Of a stretch of DNA of 64,000 nucleotides, positions 14,201 through 29,200 are shown in pieces (the first letter of the stretch is position 1; each line of letters starts with the position of its first letter). This DNA comes from Cetorhinus maximus (lineage: Eukaryota). Location: contig NC_135890.1 of assembly GCF_964194155.1 (NCBI RefSeq), positions 17,856,001-17,920,000 of the forward strand. Direction: 5' to 3'. The position numbers were made by a program, and so were the translations under genes. A model generated the notes under the pieces. That model was given only the letters and a program-made list of their open reading frames with translations. It ran no database searches and was not told the origin of the DNA.

Positions 14201-17200
14201 ACTTTCTCCAAGGCCAATATATTCTTCCTAACATGTGGTGGCCAGAACTGCTGTCAGTACTTTGTAGCTGAGGTACACTTCAACTCCTTTATACTCTAAC
14301 CATCATCTCCATAAACAGAAGGTGTACAGAAATCTCAAAGGAATGGTCTGGTTTGCCCTCTATGCAAGGCAACAAAGATAGATAACAAGAAATGCCAAAT
14401 CCAATGCCATAGTCACCCATGGGATGAACCAGTATTCTGAAAGCTCAGTGTGGGGCAAGTTTTCCCATCTACTGAAGGATGTTGGTGTTTATTCAGTATC
14501 CTGTCAACATCCACCCCGAGTGAAGTGTGGAGAAAGCACAAGTATGTTCTTTATGTACATCTGCCCTGACTTAAAGTTTATAGTTTGAACTTCAAGACCA
14601 ACCCAACAGAACTTATCACACTGCTAGAGAAGCTCCTTACCCTCTTAGGTTGTCGGATCTGGAGCTGCTCAGGAAGGATCAGTAGAATGACAGTAATGGC
14701 TCTGCAATTTAACTTGGCTACTGGGATGGTGATTACCAGGATCCAGGCAATGAAGGAAGCCAGGCTATGGACAAGCACAAGAGGTGGATACCCAAGGAGA
14801 AACCACACGTAGGTGCTTGGGCATTGCTGGAAAGTAGGTCAAGACAAACAAGTTAATTCTCAAACAGAAAAAAAAAAACTGGTTCTGAAACAAAAAAAAT
14901 AAAATGCTGGATGCATTCAGCAAGTCTGGCAGTATCTGTGGACAGACAAAGATTTAATGCTTAAGGTTAATAACCTTTGATCAGTATTGTTAAACATTTC
15001 CAGAAGTGTTTTTATTTCAGATTTCCAGCATCCACAGTATTTTACATTGATGTTTAATTCACTGCAAAGTCTCTTCCAGGAACACCCACCTTGAAGGATT
15101 CAATGTCACTCCCTATCCCACCATGTTTCACTTGCACCTACTGACCAAGGCCACGTGTCTAAGTTTTGCTGTGGGGGATGTCTGAAGTACCTTCACTTGG
15201 CAAAGAGGTCTTCAGAACCATTAAAACAAATACGCAGTCAAGCTAACACTTCAGCTTATGATACGATGACACAGGAGGCAAGTTACCAATTTAAAAGGAG
15301 ACATGATACACATGCCCTGAGATTTGAACAGGCAGCTTGTTTTTTTGACATCAGCTGAGCCAGGTTGTCAACATGTTAAAGATGCAGGAGGAATGACATC
15401 TCCTGTTAAAACCCCCAGGGGCAATGCAAAATGTTAATTTAAGAGACGACCAGGAGAAAGCAGCAAGAGCCTGCCCAAGGCAAGAAAGTCAAGTTTAGGA
15501 CTGCTTAGTGATTTCAGTGTGGATTAGACAGATAATGTGTTACCATCTTCTGTTATAAATTGAAGTCATGAAAATCCCTGCAGTTTTTAAAGTGAAGCAT
15601 TTCCCCAAACTTCATGATCCAACTGACGGTCCTTCAGTTGTTATCATTTTCCTGAGGATAACTCGCTGAAATGTACCTCGGTACATAGTGCAGTTGGGCT
15701 ATCTGAAGTCCCATAGCAGTGCCCAATCCTAACAGCCCATCTCTAGGATTTAAAGATTGCCCTTGTGTTGACTTTTTCTTCCATTACATTTCATTTCTAG
15801 GTTACGCATTCAACATCGAAACCTCCCCTGCTCCCACTGCCACCTCCCCTCCCCAAACCACCACCATAATCAGGAAGAGTTACTAGTAGAAAAATATTGA
15901 CAAAGTAACGTGCTAAATTGAAAAAGAAAAACAATCTGACGAGCTAACCTACCCAGGACTTAACTCCCTCTTTTTGAGTCTGTGATGGCGATTCTTCAAT
16001 TCTTTCAGTGACTCCAAGGAGTGTTGTTGACTCCACCGCAGTCACCTCAGGAACATCCTCACCATAAAATCGAACATTGCTTTTCCTAGGATAGACGTAT
16101 GGCTTCAAAAAAGGAAAGATCCAGTGTTTAGAAATCATTTAGGTACTACATTAAGCAAAAAAGTGCATTAGGTACATAGAAATAATTGCACATGTCAGCA
16201 AACAGCACCATGACTTTGAAACAGACCACTCCTGATAGTATCTCAGCCTTCATCTTCATTTACTAGCAACTACAGCAACATCTTGCATTTATATAGCACT
16301 ATTTAATGTGCTAAAATACCTCAAGCCCCATGTGGAAGCGTAACAAAAAAATTGGCGCAAGGTAAAAATAAGGAGATGTTAGGACAAGCAACTAAAAGCT
16401 TGATCAAAGAGGTAGATTTTCAGCAGAGTCTGAAAAGATTGTTAGTCACTGCAAATCCATGGCAGCATTTTTCAACGTGTACTGTCCTCGAACACTAGGT
16501 CTGCTCTCCTGGAGGCACTGACACCAAGAATGGTTCCATACAATCACTCTCCTAAAATCACCTTCCATGAACAAGATGAGCACAGGCTATTTGCAACAAT
16601 TTGGTGGGGGGTAGGGGGTGTTATCTAGAGAAATAACAGTCAAGCGCAATCCTATTCCTTAGGACCGATGGACATTTATAAACCATTGCCATATGTATCC
16701 TTTCTAGTGGAAAGAGAGACTGTCCTCAGCTAACTCAAAACAGACCCAAGATTAAATCTGAGGACTGTACCATTTGTATGGCTCATGTTACAGGAATTTA
16801 CTACTTCAAAAAGAAAATATAGATACCATGTTTAAGAATGTTAAGATCCAAAGGGCACACAGAACACAAGTTCAAAGATGAGAAATCCAATGACCCAAAG
16901 CGATCCTTCTGGTACTATCCCAACATACTGCAGTGGGGAGCTGCATAGTGGCCAACATTTGTCTGCCGCTTGCAAGTTTCCATAAACAATTTAGGTAAAA
17001 GAAATTTAATGCTTTAATGCAACTTTTGATGCAATATTCTGGTTTCAGCTCATTGACATTGAATACTCTACATCCCAGGCTCTTCTAAAGAGCATAGAGT
17101 TCTTTGATCTTTCCATGTAGGTAGTCACATTCACACCTATTGCTCAACAGTTCACCCGCTCCGAAACATGCAAGCCTTCTCATATGGCAATCTACACAGT

Positions 17201-20200
17201 AGTTCATTTGCAATTTGGCCAGTGCACAGTGAAATCTTACAATGCCTGCAGACTTGCATTCAGCTACGGTACATGTCCACGTAGCCGATTAGCTTTATCA
17301 CAGTGAAATGTAATATTCCCTGGTCCTTTTTCTAGATCACCCTGTGCCAATTTGTTTTCTTTCATTGTGTAATTGTTGTAAATTCACATAGTATGCAACT
17401 TAAAAAAGGGGAAAGGTTTGGCTCATGAGAAACTTGTTTTGCTAATTTTGTATGGATATATTCAATTTGTCAAATTAATCCTCAAATTCCAATCTTATTT
17501 GACCTATAACTTAAATTTAAACGGGATCCCCTTTGTAGTTCGTTTCAACGTTCCAGAGTTGGGCAGATGGAAGGATTCCTTAACACAAGGCTAATCTGAT
17601 CTGGATCAGTTCTATTTAATGGATACCAAAGGGAGCCAAGAGATCAGACCTGTAGTCTACCAATCTAAAGAAGCTGGGGTAATTAACCCATGGACTTGGT
17701 TCCTGTATTTGTCATGCATTACTATCTAAATTATTTTACACTTCCTATTTCTACTGTACTAGAAACATTTCAGTTCCTAAACGTGTATAAACACTGTACT
17801 ATATTTAATGTCCTACCAAAGGTGGTAGGGCAGGCTATTTTTAATCAATACATTAAATACTGCAAATGGAGTTATTATTAATCTTACAATTAGTGAAGCT
17901 CTGTAAGGGTAGATTACAGAACAATCATAGTTTATGGGAATAAAAATGCATGGCACTTGGTAGTCTAGAAATCCCCCCCACATACTCCACTGGTGTCGAG
18001 AATATTCTAGAACCCAGCATCAAGGCACTGGACTCCCAAGCATCAATGAGTCCCTACTGTTTTAGTGGCACAACTGTTCTGAGTTAACAGCCAAAGGATC
18101 AGGTACGCCAAGATACAACAGTACCTGATACAACACAACCGCCCCCTCCTCATGCCCCGATGATTTAGTGATTCAATATGCATGAAGTTAACTCAAAACA
18201 GCAATCACATTCCACAGGGGGTAAAAGGTATTTCAGGACTGCCATCCACCTACCCTTCAATCCACAGAGTAAAAGCTAAATATACATCAGGAAGACAATC
18301 ACTGTCACCTAGATACATCTACAATCTGCATCTACAAAAGAGCCGATTTACTAACACAATGTGGAGCAAAATGACAAGATAGGGGTCAAAGACAAGGAAT
18401 TTAATATCTCAACTGCATGTCTTTAATTAATCACATTCTACTCAACACGAACCTTCTCAAAAAGGATTGCTACATTTTGGAACCAATTCTCAGATTGGAA
18501 TATTTATACTAGAAAGCAAGTCAAGTGACTCACCAATACATGTACACTAAAGTCATATCAGGTAATAGTTACTGCACTTACCTTTTGAATTAACTTCCCA
18601 AATGGCCAGAAGTAATATCCAGCAAGACGGTAACACATCTTCCCTGGGAAAGAAAAAGCAGAACCACTTTAATATGAAGTTTATGGCTTTCCCTACATTC
18701 CTCCCACCCCACCCACCCAGAGCTAATAAAAATAAAAGCAACCAGAGGATAAAAGATAACTTAGCATAAAAATAGATACAATATACTAAACCCCAATGGG
18801 ACATGGACACAGTCTTAAATTTGCCTTTACCAGTTTAAATCAGATATCAGGAAGACCTCCACACATGGAATGGACTTCTGGGTACGGGCGTAGGCAAAAA
18901 CCATGGAATCAAGGTTGAAGTTGTTGGAATTTGAAGAAAGGAGCAGGGAAAAATCAAAAAGGGAGACATAGGGACTATAGGTTTTCCCTTTGGGAAAATG
19001 AGCTAGGACGGTCCAAAGCGGTGCTCAACCACATCGGTCTTTTAGTCAAAAAACAACTTATAGCTGGTTTATTTAAAGTCTGAAAGCAGAGCAAGGGATC
19101 CTATCAAATCAGTAAGAAGAGCAGATGCCACAGGAATTACCATTCTGGGTGACTGACATCCAGTTTACATCAAGGGAGATATCTAATGGAGCAGGGTACA
19201 AGTTACATTATGGAATATAAATGAGGTCAGGAAGAATGCAAGGGGAAATCCATTATGTAACAGAGCTGATCAAAGCACATATTCTACAATTAGAAACAAA
19301 ACCAGTGACCATTAAAAAAAAGAGGAAGAACAGCTAAAGACTGCAGAATCTTCTGGGGGCTCAAAAAGAGGAACAGAGTTCTTTTGCTCCACCTAATTAA
19401 ACCAGTAAGCACAGAGCAGCAAAGAAAAAAGGGGATTAAATCTCAAAGACCAACAAGATACCCAATTCTCTCAAGAGATGGATTTGTACATCAACCCATT
19501 CTAAATAGATTGGGAATATAATCCAGGGCATTTAAAAAATCACTTTGTCCACATAAATGGGTAGTAGAACTTACCATAAGGTGCTCCCACGACTGTAACA
19601 AACATAATTACAGCAATTAGATGGTACAGCAGGGCAACCCACCATCCAAACAGTAGCACATACAAAAAGTTTCCAAAGGTAAACAGAGATCCTGAAAGAA
19701 GCAAGAAAATTCTTGAGTATATTACAGCACAGATGTGATTTTATGTATCCAAAAGCTATTGAATGCATTCCACAAATACTGCAATGCAAGGATCATGAAC
19801 ACACCAGCAACTCCGTACACGCATTCCAGCCTTAAGCTAGCTAATTTGATGCAGTTTATTGAACAGAAACCAGCATTATACAATAAATCAGAATGATCAA
19901 AATGGCTGGTGAGGTGGGGAGGTCATAGCAAGTGCTGGCAGCATTTCTGAAAAACAACAAAAGCCTAACTTGTCATCATGGCTTTGTGGATAAAGTCAGG
20001 GCCTGCTTATAGCACCAGGGCATTCAAGCCAGAAGGTGTTAGGTCTGATTCCAGGTTTACAGAATTAACCCAGCTCAGCGAGTGAAATGGTGGGGTGCCT
20101 AGAATTAGAAACAGAGTGCTGGAAAGGCTACTCAAAAGCAGGGGGACATGAACCTATTGGAAGCTGAGAGTGGCTGTGTCCTGTTTCCTATATTAAAAAA

Positions 20201-23200
20201 GGGTAATCATGGACACTGATATAATGTATTATATGTGCAGCATGAGTATTATCAGTTGCATTAAAACATTAATAAGGGTTAACCTTTCTGTAGCTTAGAG
20301 TATTAGTTGCTTACTGGATAATGTTTGGTCAATGTTGCTTTTACAGGTGTTGCAGTAAAAGCCTTAAAAACTTAAAGGAATTGCATAGATTTCAAGCTGA
20401 CCACTGGGAATGCAAATCTCTTGTACAAAAGCAAACAGTCTCTAAGAGGACTGTAACCAAAGCAACCCTCCCTCCTCATCCTTCTTAACCAGTCTACAGC
20501 TTTTGACAGTTTAACAACACAATCTTACTCAACACTTCACCACTGTCATCCAGCTGGTTTCATTCTTATCTGAAGATTTTTTAATTCTTTCATGGGATGA
20601 GTGTAGCTTGCAAGGCTAGCATTTATTGTCCATTTAGAGAACCACTTGCAATGGCTTCTCTTCCTGCTTCCGCATCATTACCACTGGTAACCCCCACCCT
20701 GCCCCAACCACCCCCCCCACCCCAACTACCCCACAAGAATTTATCCTTGACCCCTATTTCTGATCTACATGCTTCCCCTCAGCAGCATCATTCAAAAGCA
20801 CAGCATTAGTTTTCACATGTATGCTGACCACACTCAACTCTACCTCACCACCAATCTTGTCTCCACTGTTAAATTCCGACTGTCTATCCGACATCCAGTA
20901 CTGGATCAGCAACTGTGTCCTCCAATTAAACATCAGAAAGACTGAAGCCATCATTTCATAATGAACACAAGAACATAAGAACTACGAGCAGGAGTAGGCA
21001 ATTCAGCCCCTCAAGCCTGCCCCACCATTCAATACGATCATGGCTGATCTCATTTTGGCCTCAACTCCAATTTCCCGCCCTCTCCCCATAACCTTTCAAC
21101 CCGTTAATAATTAAAATCTGTCTATCTCCTCAAATTTATTCAGCGTCTCGGCATCCACTGCACTGAGGTAGTGAATTCCACAGATTCACGACCCTTTGAG
21201 GAAAGTCATTCCTCCTTATCTCTGATTTAAATCTACCACCCCTTAGCCTATAACTATGGCCTCTCATTCTAGAATGCCCCACATAGGGAAACATCCACTC
21301 CACATCTAATTTGTCTATCCCCTTTAGCATCTTATATACCTCAATTAGATCTCCTCTCATCCTTCTAAACTCTAACGAGTATAGGCCTAAACTGCTCAAT
21401 CTCTCCTCATAAGACAAGCCTCGCATCTCTGGAATCAATCTAGTGAACCTCCTCTGAACCCCTTCCAATGCAACTACATCCTTCTTCAAGTAAGGGAACC
21501 AAAACTGTGCACAGTACTCCAGGTGCGGTCTCACCAATGTCTAGTACAATTGCAACAACACTTCCCTATTTTTATACTCTATTCCTTTAGCAATAAATGC
21601 CAAAATTCTATTTGCCTTCCTTATTACCTGCTGTGCCTGCATGCCTTCAGGTCCCTGCTCCAAACTCCATTCACTAGCAACCAACCTCATCCTTCTCCCT
21701 GGCAACAGAGAGAGATTAATCCAATCGGTATACAACCTGTGTCATTGTGGTATTGTCATTGTACTGGTATTCCAGAGGCCCAGGGTAATGCTCTGGGGGC
21801 CTGGGTTCGAGTCCCACCATGGAAGATGGTGAAATTTGAATCCAATAAAAATCTGGAATTAAAAGTCTTATGAACAAGGAACCATCTGATTCACTGATGT
21901 CCTTTAGGGGAGGAAATCTACTGCCCTTACCTGGTCTGGCCTACATGTGACTCCACACCCATAGCAATAAAAAAAAAGACTTGGTGTGCATGTGGTCAGA
22001 AACTCACTTCCATCGCCAAGACTGTAGTCCCATCTCCATAACATCACCCAACTTCACCCATCTCAGCTCATCTGGTGCCGAAAACCTCATCCTTGCCTTC
22101 CTTATCTCTAGACTCACTCCTCCCTTCTACCATCTGTAAACTTGGTCATCCAAAACTCTGCTGTCTGCATCTCAACTCATCTCAACTGCCATTCACCCAT
22201 CATCCCTGTGCTTGCTGACCTACAGAAGGCAAGCAACCTACTGATTTTAAAATTCTCATTTTAAAATCCCTTCATGGCCTCACCCCTCCCTATTTCTAAT
22301 CTCCTCCAACCACACAACCCTCCAAAATGTGCTCCCTTCCAATTCTGGCCTCAGCATCCCCAATTGTAGAAACTCTACTTTTGGCAGCCATGGTTTCAGT
22401 TGCTTAGGCCCCAAGCTCTAGAACTCTTTCCCTACACCTCTACCTTGATTTCCTCCTTTAAGATACTCCTTAATATTTCCTTAGGAGATAGTTTTTAAAT
22501 CAAATCACCAAAAACTTGCTCATGTTGCTCAGCGTCATTTTATTTCAATGTTCCTGTCATTTTATATTATATTAAAAAGGTGCTACAAGTTGCTGTAAAA
22601 ATTACTGCTTCAGTCCTAAATGGCTGACCCCTTATCTGAGACTATGACCCCCTAGTTTGAGACTCCACTAGATGGGAAAAAAAGCTTTGCAGCATCAGCC
22701 CCAACAAACAGTGCAAGAATTTCATATGTTTCAATGAAATCATCTCATTCTAAACTCCAGCCCAATCTACTCAAACTCTTTGGCAATGCCCTCTCCCCAG
22801 ACATGTGAATCTTGTGATATTCCTATTTGAAAAAAATAAGACCCTTTTCAGTAGCTTGGTTTAACTTGTCAAGCTCAATCCAAAACACCACCCAACCACA
22901 CCTCCCCCCTTGCCCCAACTGTGCAGCTTCCACTTGCATTGCCTTTCTAATTGGACTGTGAAAGAAAATAAAATTGAAAAACTTCATGCACATTACCTGA
23001 ATATTGTTTGATGACATTTAGATCTGAATACAGCTCCTTCACTACTGCAGAACGGTCTTCCAAGGGTCTCTCTGTTACGTGGCTCTTCCATTTCTTGAAC
23101 CCGAACTACAAAATTAGAAATGAAGATTGTAAGCAATCGTCAATATGTACCATCCACACCTCAGCGCCACAGGTGCCAGTCTTCAGCCAGTTCAATTCAC

Positions 23201-26200
23201 TCCAATATCAAGAAACTGAAGGCATGGGACACTGCAAATGTTTAGGGGTGCTGACAACATTCCAACAATAATACTGAAGACTTGTGCTCCAGACCTAGCC
23301 ATTCCACCAAAGATCCTCCAGTATAGCTACAACACTGACATCTACCCAGCAATGTGGAAAATTACCTAGGTATAGCCTGTACAAAAAAAGCTGGACAAAT
23401 CCAACCCAGCCAATTACTGCCCCGTCAGTCTACTCTCAAAGTGATGGAAGGTGTTGTTGACAACACTGCCAAATGGCACTTACTTGGTGGCTGCCAGGGG
23501 CACTCATTACAGCCTTGGTTCAAACATGGACAAAGGAACTGAACTCCAGAGGTGAGACAAGTAACTGCCCTTGACATCAAGGCAGCATTTGACCAAATTT
23601 GGCATCAAGCAGCCTTAGCAAAACTGGAGTAAATGGGAATCAGAGGGAAAACTCTCCACTGGTTGTTGGATGTCATATCATCTCAGTCCCAGACATTGCT
23701 GTAGAAGTTCCTCAGGGTAATGCCCTAGGCCCAATCATTTCCAGCTACTTCATTAGTGATCCTCCCTCCATCACAAGGTCAGAAGTGGGGATGTTTGCAC
23801 AATGTTCAGTACCATTTGGACTGCTTCAGTATCTGAAGGCACATGTCCAATATGGACAACATTCAGGCTTGGGCTGATAAGTGGCAAGTAACCAGGTAAA
23901 TAAGTGCCAGGCAATGACTATCGCCAACAAGAGAGCATCTAACCATCTCCCATTGACATCCAATGGCATTACCACTGTTGAATCCTTCTCTATCAACATC
24001 CTGAGGATTACCATTGACCAGAAACGGAACTAGACCTGCCATATAAATACCATGGCTACAAGAGCAGCTCAGAGGCTGGGCATTCTGGGGAGGGTAACTC
24101 ATCTGACTCTCCAAAACCTGTCCACCATCTCCAAGGCACAAGTGGAGTGTGGTGGAATACTCTCCATTTGCCTGGATGAGTGCAGCTCCAACACTCAAGC
24201 TTGATGCCGTCCAGGGCAAAGCAGCCCGCTTGATTGGGACCCCACCACCACCTTCAACATTCACTCCCTCCACCATTGATGCACAGTGGCAGCAGTGTGT
24301 ACAATCCACAAGATGCACTGCCGCAACTCACCAGGGCTACTTCAACAGCACCTTCCAAACCTGCAACCTTTACCACCTATAAGAACAAGGGCAACAGAGT
24401 GTGTGTACCTGCACCACAAGGAGTGCAGCAGTTCAAGGCAGCAGCTCACCACCACCTTCTCAAGAGCAATTAGGGATGGGCGATAAATTCTGGCCTAGCT
24501 AGCAATGCCCACGTCCCATGAAAGAATAAATTTAGAAAGTACAGTTATGACATCTGATAAAGGAAAATATTTTAATATTGTTAAAAGTGCATTATCTGTC
24601 CTAAAGTGTAGGAAGCGAGATAACTGTGCACAAAAGCTTGCATGTTGCAAGTTTTCAAACTATGGACATGAGGCATCTTGGGTGAAGTCATTTTCTGCTG
24701 AACTCTTCCAGTTATTACTGGTGTAAAATGTTGTAGCATTCTTTGGCTAAGAAAATGACTGCATGAATTCCAGAGTTTGAGATTAGTTACATTTCAGGGA
24801 AAGCTAGAAAAATACATGAGTGGGAAAGGAATAGAAGGATATACCAATAGGGAGAGATGAAGCATGAGTGGGAAGAGGCTCATGTGGAGCATAACCACAT
24901 GCACTGACTAATTGGGCTCATGTTGTGTGGTGCATGTTATGTTGTAAATTCTATGCAATTCATTTACATAAATTAATTCTTATACTTGGTAACTTATCTT
25001 GACTTGGGCACAGGCAGCCCACGGGGAAGAAGGACTAGAATATATTAAGACTGAAGTGCAAATAAATGGATCTGACCATTTCCCTAGTCAGCACCAAGGG
25101 AAAATTATGCCTTTTGTCAGTCACATGTTACTGCCAAGGTTAGAGAATGTATTAATATATTATATCAAACTCAAGACAGCAGACTTTCTTCAAGCAATAC
25201 TAGTCTAGTCTTTCCTCACATTTATCCCAAAGGACCTCTGGCACCATAGTGATACCAGGTGATAAGGCACACTTTCCAACTGCAAGAGAGGGAACACCAA
25301 ACTCATGTCAGTAAATGGCTGAACTTTTAAACCTAGAAGGTGATGTGCTATCTACTTTGGTTCAAAATCTTACACAAGAACAACTGGAGGCCAGCAGCAT
25401 ACATGTCATCAACAATATAGCCGAGATCACCCTCATAAAGGAACGAAGCAGATCAAGCTGCAAGTTCACTAAACCTTCCAGTAGATTACTAGAGTGTCCA
25501 TTCCTTTCAGATAACCATTGCCCAACTTTGTAGATGTAGGTATAAACTAACAGCGCTGGAATGTAACCATCCTAGAATATTGATAGACCACAAATATCCT
25601 ACAGACCTTGTAGTTGTTGGCCAGTTTGTGTGCCTCCACCTCATTTTCTGCCAGCAGTGTAGTCTTTGTGGTCATCATCAGGCAGCATGGGCATGTTGTT
25701 CCTTCACATGAATGATTTTGGGTTGGAGTCGAACAGGTCACTGTGGTGAAACCAAAATTAAGTTTAGAGAGAAGAGAACAGTCCACCCTTTAAAACTTGC
25801 TACATGTGTGACCTCAGGTTGTGAATGTGGCAAAAAACCAAAATTTGAATGGGGATACACAATTTTTAAAATCAGTCCAGGCACATGCAAACAATTTTAC
25901 CCCAAAACCATTGTTCAGGAACAAAAGGGAAGGGGGAAAGAATACATTAAGGTATAGGAAAGGTTTACTGCGCACTGCTTTGAGTGCCCTTGCAACTGCA
26001 GGAGGTATGTAAACACAATACTCTGATTATACATCTTGGTTATGCTGATAATGTGTAAAATATTGATTTTAAACTAATGACACACCCATACACAGTCACG
26101 CCAGACTACTGCTGCTCTAGGAATTTAACACTCATTCTGAACACCACTAGTAACCCAGATTGAGAGCCAATCTCCACATTGTGGTAGTTCCTGTAACCTT

Positions 26201-29200
26201 GATCTGCTGGTAGACAAAAATCCACTGATAACTTAAAAAAAATTAAACTGTTGAGTTTAATTGCTGGACAGAGAAATGGACTAGACTAGTCCAAGAAAGT
26301 GATTGGTGCTAACACGATGATATAGGTAGGAAAGAGAATTCTAGTCCAAAATACAATACTGTCATTTCACTTGTGAATGAGTGACTAACTTTGGAAGGAG
26401 GTGTACAAGTCAATCCATTAAAAAGCAGTTATCCACACCAATTGGTTCTCATTAGAAGTGAACATGGAGATACATGCAATGAGCAAAGCCACATCCAATA
26501 AAACCTCTTGCTCTAGTCAAGCTTCATACATTTGGTTGGCAGGGAGGTGGGGGGCAGGGGCAGGGGCAGGATTAGAAGATGTTGCGACCTGCTGGACTAA
26601 CCTGGGAATAATAATATAGGTGTGCATGGTGAAGGGGTGTCTATCATGTCAGTCTGCAGATGTGCCTGAGCCAGAGGGTCAGAGAATAGTGAGGTGCTTC
26701 TGCTCTTTGGCTCACTTTCCCTCCCATAGTCTATCGATGGAAAAAGAAAAGTCCTCAGTAGACTGTTAGAGAAGTACTCTATATTAACTTCTATAGAAGT
26801 CACTATACAACCTTCCAGGTTACCAAGTTCAAGCAGAACTCAAGTTATAGTCAGGGAGATATGAAGTTGCCATGACTTAAGGTAAGCAGCTCACTACGTT
26901 GAGTTTCATTCAACAGTCAGAACTCACTACAATTTAGCTTGGAGTTGAAAGAAATATTTCCTCAGGAATAGGCTTGGCAATTGCTAGAAGAGAAACATTG
27001 TGTGTTGAACCTCACCTCTTATACAGAATGCACACGCTAAGTATTGTGCTCAATGCTGTCTTTTCTAGTATTGGGATCTCCAATGAACAGTTTTCCCTCA
27101 CTGGGATACTTTAGATGGCACTTACACTTTCCCATCAAGAGTAGGCCCATGAGACTTGAGCAAGACTTGACAGCACAAAGTGACAATCGATCACTACGAA
27201 CGGGTTAAGGCTGCCAAGAAAAAGGTCACAGAAATAGTCTATAAAAAGGTCTATGCCATACTACAGCTAGAGCTCAGAATTAATCCTCAACAACCCCTGG
27301 GGAACCACATTCCTGAGAAACAAATGGGTCAGGAGGGAAAATGGAAAGAATACAACACCATTGAACAGAATAGCTGATTGTCTTAGGCAGAGTTCAAAGT
27401 TTAAGGGCTGTCACAGAGCCATTTTAGTGGAGCAGATTTGCGCACAGGATTTCTGTATATGTGATGCTGAATATCCTACCCTGCAACAAGTACTTAACAT
27501 ACTCTAACAAGAAAACCATCTGCTGCTTCAAATATCCATGTTGTCTTCACTAAATGCAGGAAGAGTAATCAAGTGCATGTAAAAAGAGGGAGGAGTATAG
27601 TTTCAATCTCACAATGCCAGACACACACTATCCTTGTTCATTACTTGCTGTGTGATCCTAATATGGCCTTGTCTGTGGGCATCTTTCACAGGCACTGATA
27701 GATGTAGCCCACACAGCTTTCCACGTTGGACCAAGAGAAAAGGAGACAGAGGCCAATATCAGCATCACCAATATTTACAGGATCTGTAATCACCATACTC
27801 CAGTTCAAGCTGTACATCTTGGACAAGTGTAAACAAAGCTACTTCTGTTAATGGAAGGCTGCCGCTGATGTCTGTGGGTGCAATGTTGGGTTACTGAAGG
27901 GTGCATACAGCATCCTGGGCTTTATTAATAGGGGCATAGAGTACAAGAGCAGGGAGGTTATGCTGAGCTTATAAGACACTAGACAGACCTCAGCTGGATA
28001 TTGTATACAATTCTGGGCACCACACTATAGATAGGATGTGAACGTATTTGAGAAAGTGCAGAAGAGGTTTACAAGAATGGTTCCAGGGATGAGAAACTTC
28101 AGTTCTGAAGCTGAATTGGAGAGGTTGGGACTGTTCTCCTTGGAGAGGTGAAGGCTATGAGGAGATTTGTTTGAGGTGTTCAAAATCATGAGGGGGCTGG
28201 ATAGAATAGATAGGGAGCTGTTCCCACACGTAAAAGGGCTGAGAACGAGAGGGCACAGATTTAAAGTGATTTGCAAAAGCAGCAAATGTGATGTGAGAAA
28301 ACTTTTTCACACAAGTAGTTTGGGTCTGGAATGCACTGCCTGGAAGTGTAGTGGAGGCGGAGGCAAGTTCAACTGATGTAGTCAAGAGGGCATTAGATGA
28401 TTATTTAAATAGAAACAACGTGCAGGGTTAAGGGGAAAAGGCAGGAGATTAGCACTAAATCATAATGCTCATTTGGTGAGACAGTGCAGACACAATGGGC
28501 CAAATGGCCTCCTACTGCATCATAACAATTCTGTGATTGTGAAGAATCTTCAGTCTCTAGCCATGCTCATGTGCAACGAGTACCATGACAACTAATGGGA
28601 ACTCAGATGCACAGTGCAAGAGAGTGCCTGTCGTTGACTAGGTGCCATAACAGGATGCCCTCGACACAGAGCCCAGTAAGGATCAGTTCAATATGCTGAT
28701 GGGAGTGAGTGATGCCTTTCGAGTTACAGATAGTAAGTGACAGCCTAGTCAAAGTGAGTAAAGCCAGGAGTGGCCACTACTGCTGGAACAGAGGACTACC
28801 ATTGCTGTAAACTTGATGCAAGAGGTACAGGAATAGGGACATCTTAGGATGAGCTGGCAAGTGAAACTTGTTAATGTGCTCCCCCACCCTTCCCCCCTCA
28901 TACAATGGCTAACCCAATGAAGATGGACTAACAAACTCAGATTAATCATTTTATTCAATTCCGGTGCCAAGGCAAAAATATCAAAGTTATACAGCACTTT
29001 TAATGTAGTAACGGCATTTCACAGGAGCACCAGACAAAAACTGACACTGAGCCAAAGGAAAAGCCATTGGGTCAGGTGACCGAAAACATGATGTTGTGAC
29101 TGTGGACTTTGAAATGATTGTTCTAAACTGTCTCCCTTCATTCTAGGGAGGAGGATGTGACCTCCTACGAAACCTTCCCAGAGACAAACCATGTGACCTG

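Larger units (their letters stand above)
20460..22480 (+). mobile_element. L2-clade LINE RT fragment carrying nested insertions
   Basis: LLILL..STAFD (about 20470), FHMYADHTQLYL (about 20810), KTEAII (about 20940); resumes at 21645-21735 and 21980-22480. Confidence 0.7.

Noticed and set aside
16085-16088. Alternative acceptor tag|GAAAAGC for cax exon 7
   Set aside because: Phase 2 does not match the phase-0 upstream donor; the aag acceptor at 16103 has a better pyrimidine tract and keeps the frame.
17240-17345. Extra cax exon (GDLEKGPGN...)
   Set aside because: In-frame TAG before any good donor, and exons 6 and 7 join without it.
21738-21830. tRNA gene (B-box GGTTCGAGTCCC)
   Set aside because: Head of a tRNA-derived SINE; no cloverleaf, and followed by the SINE body.
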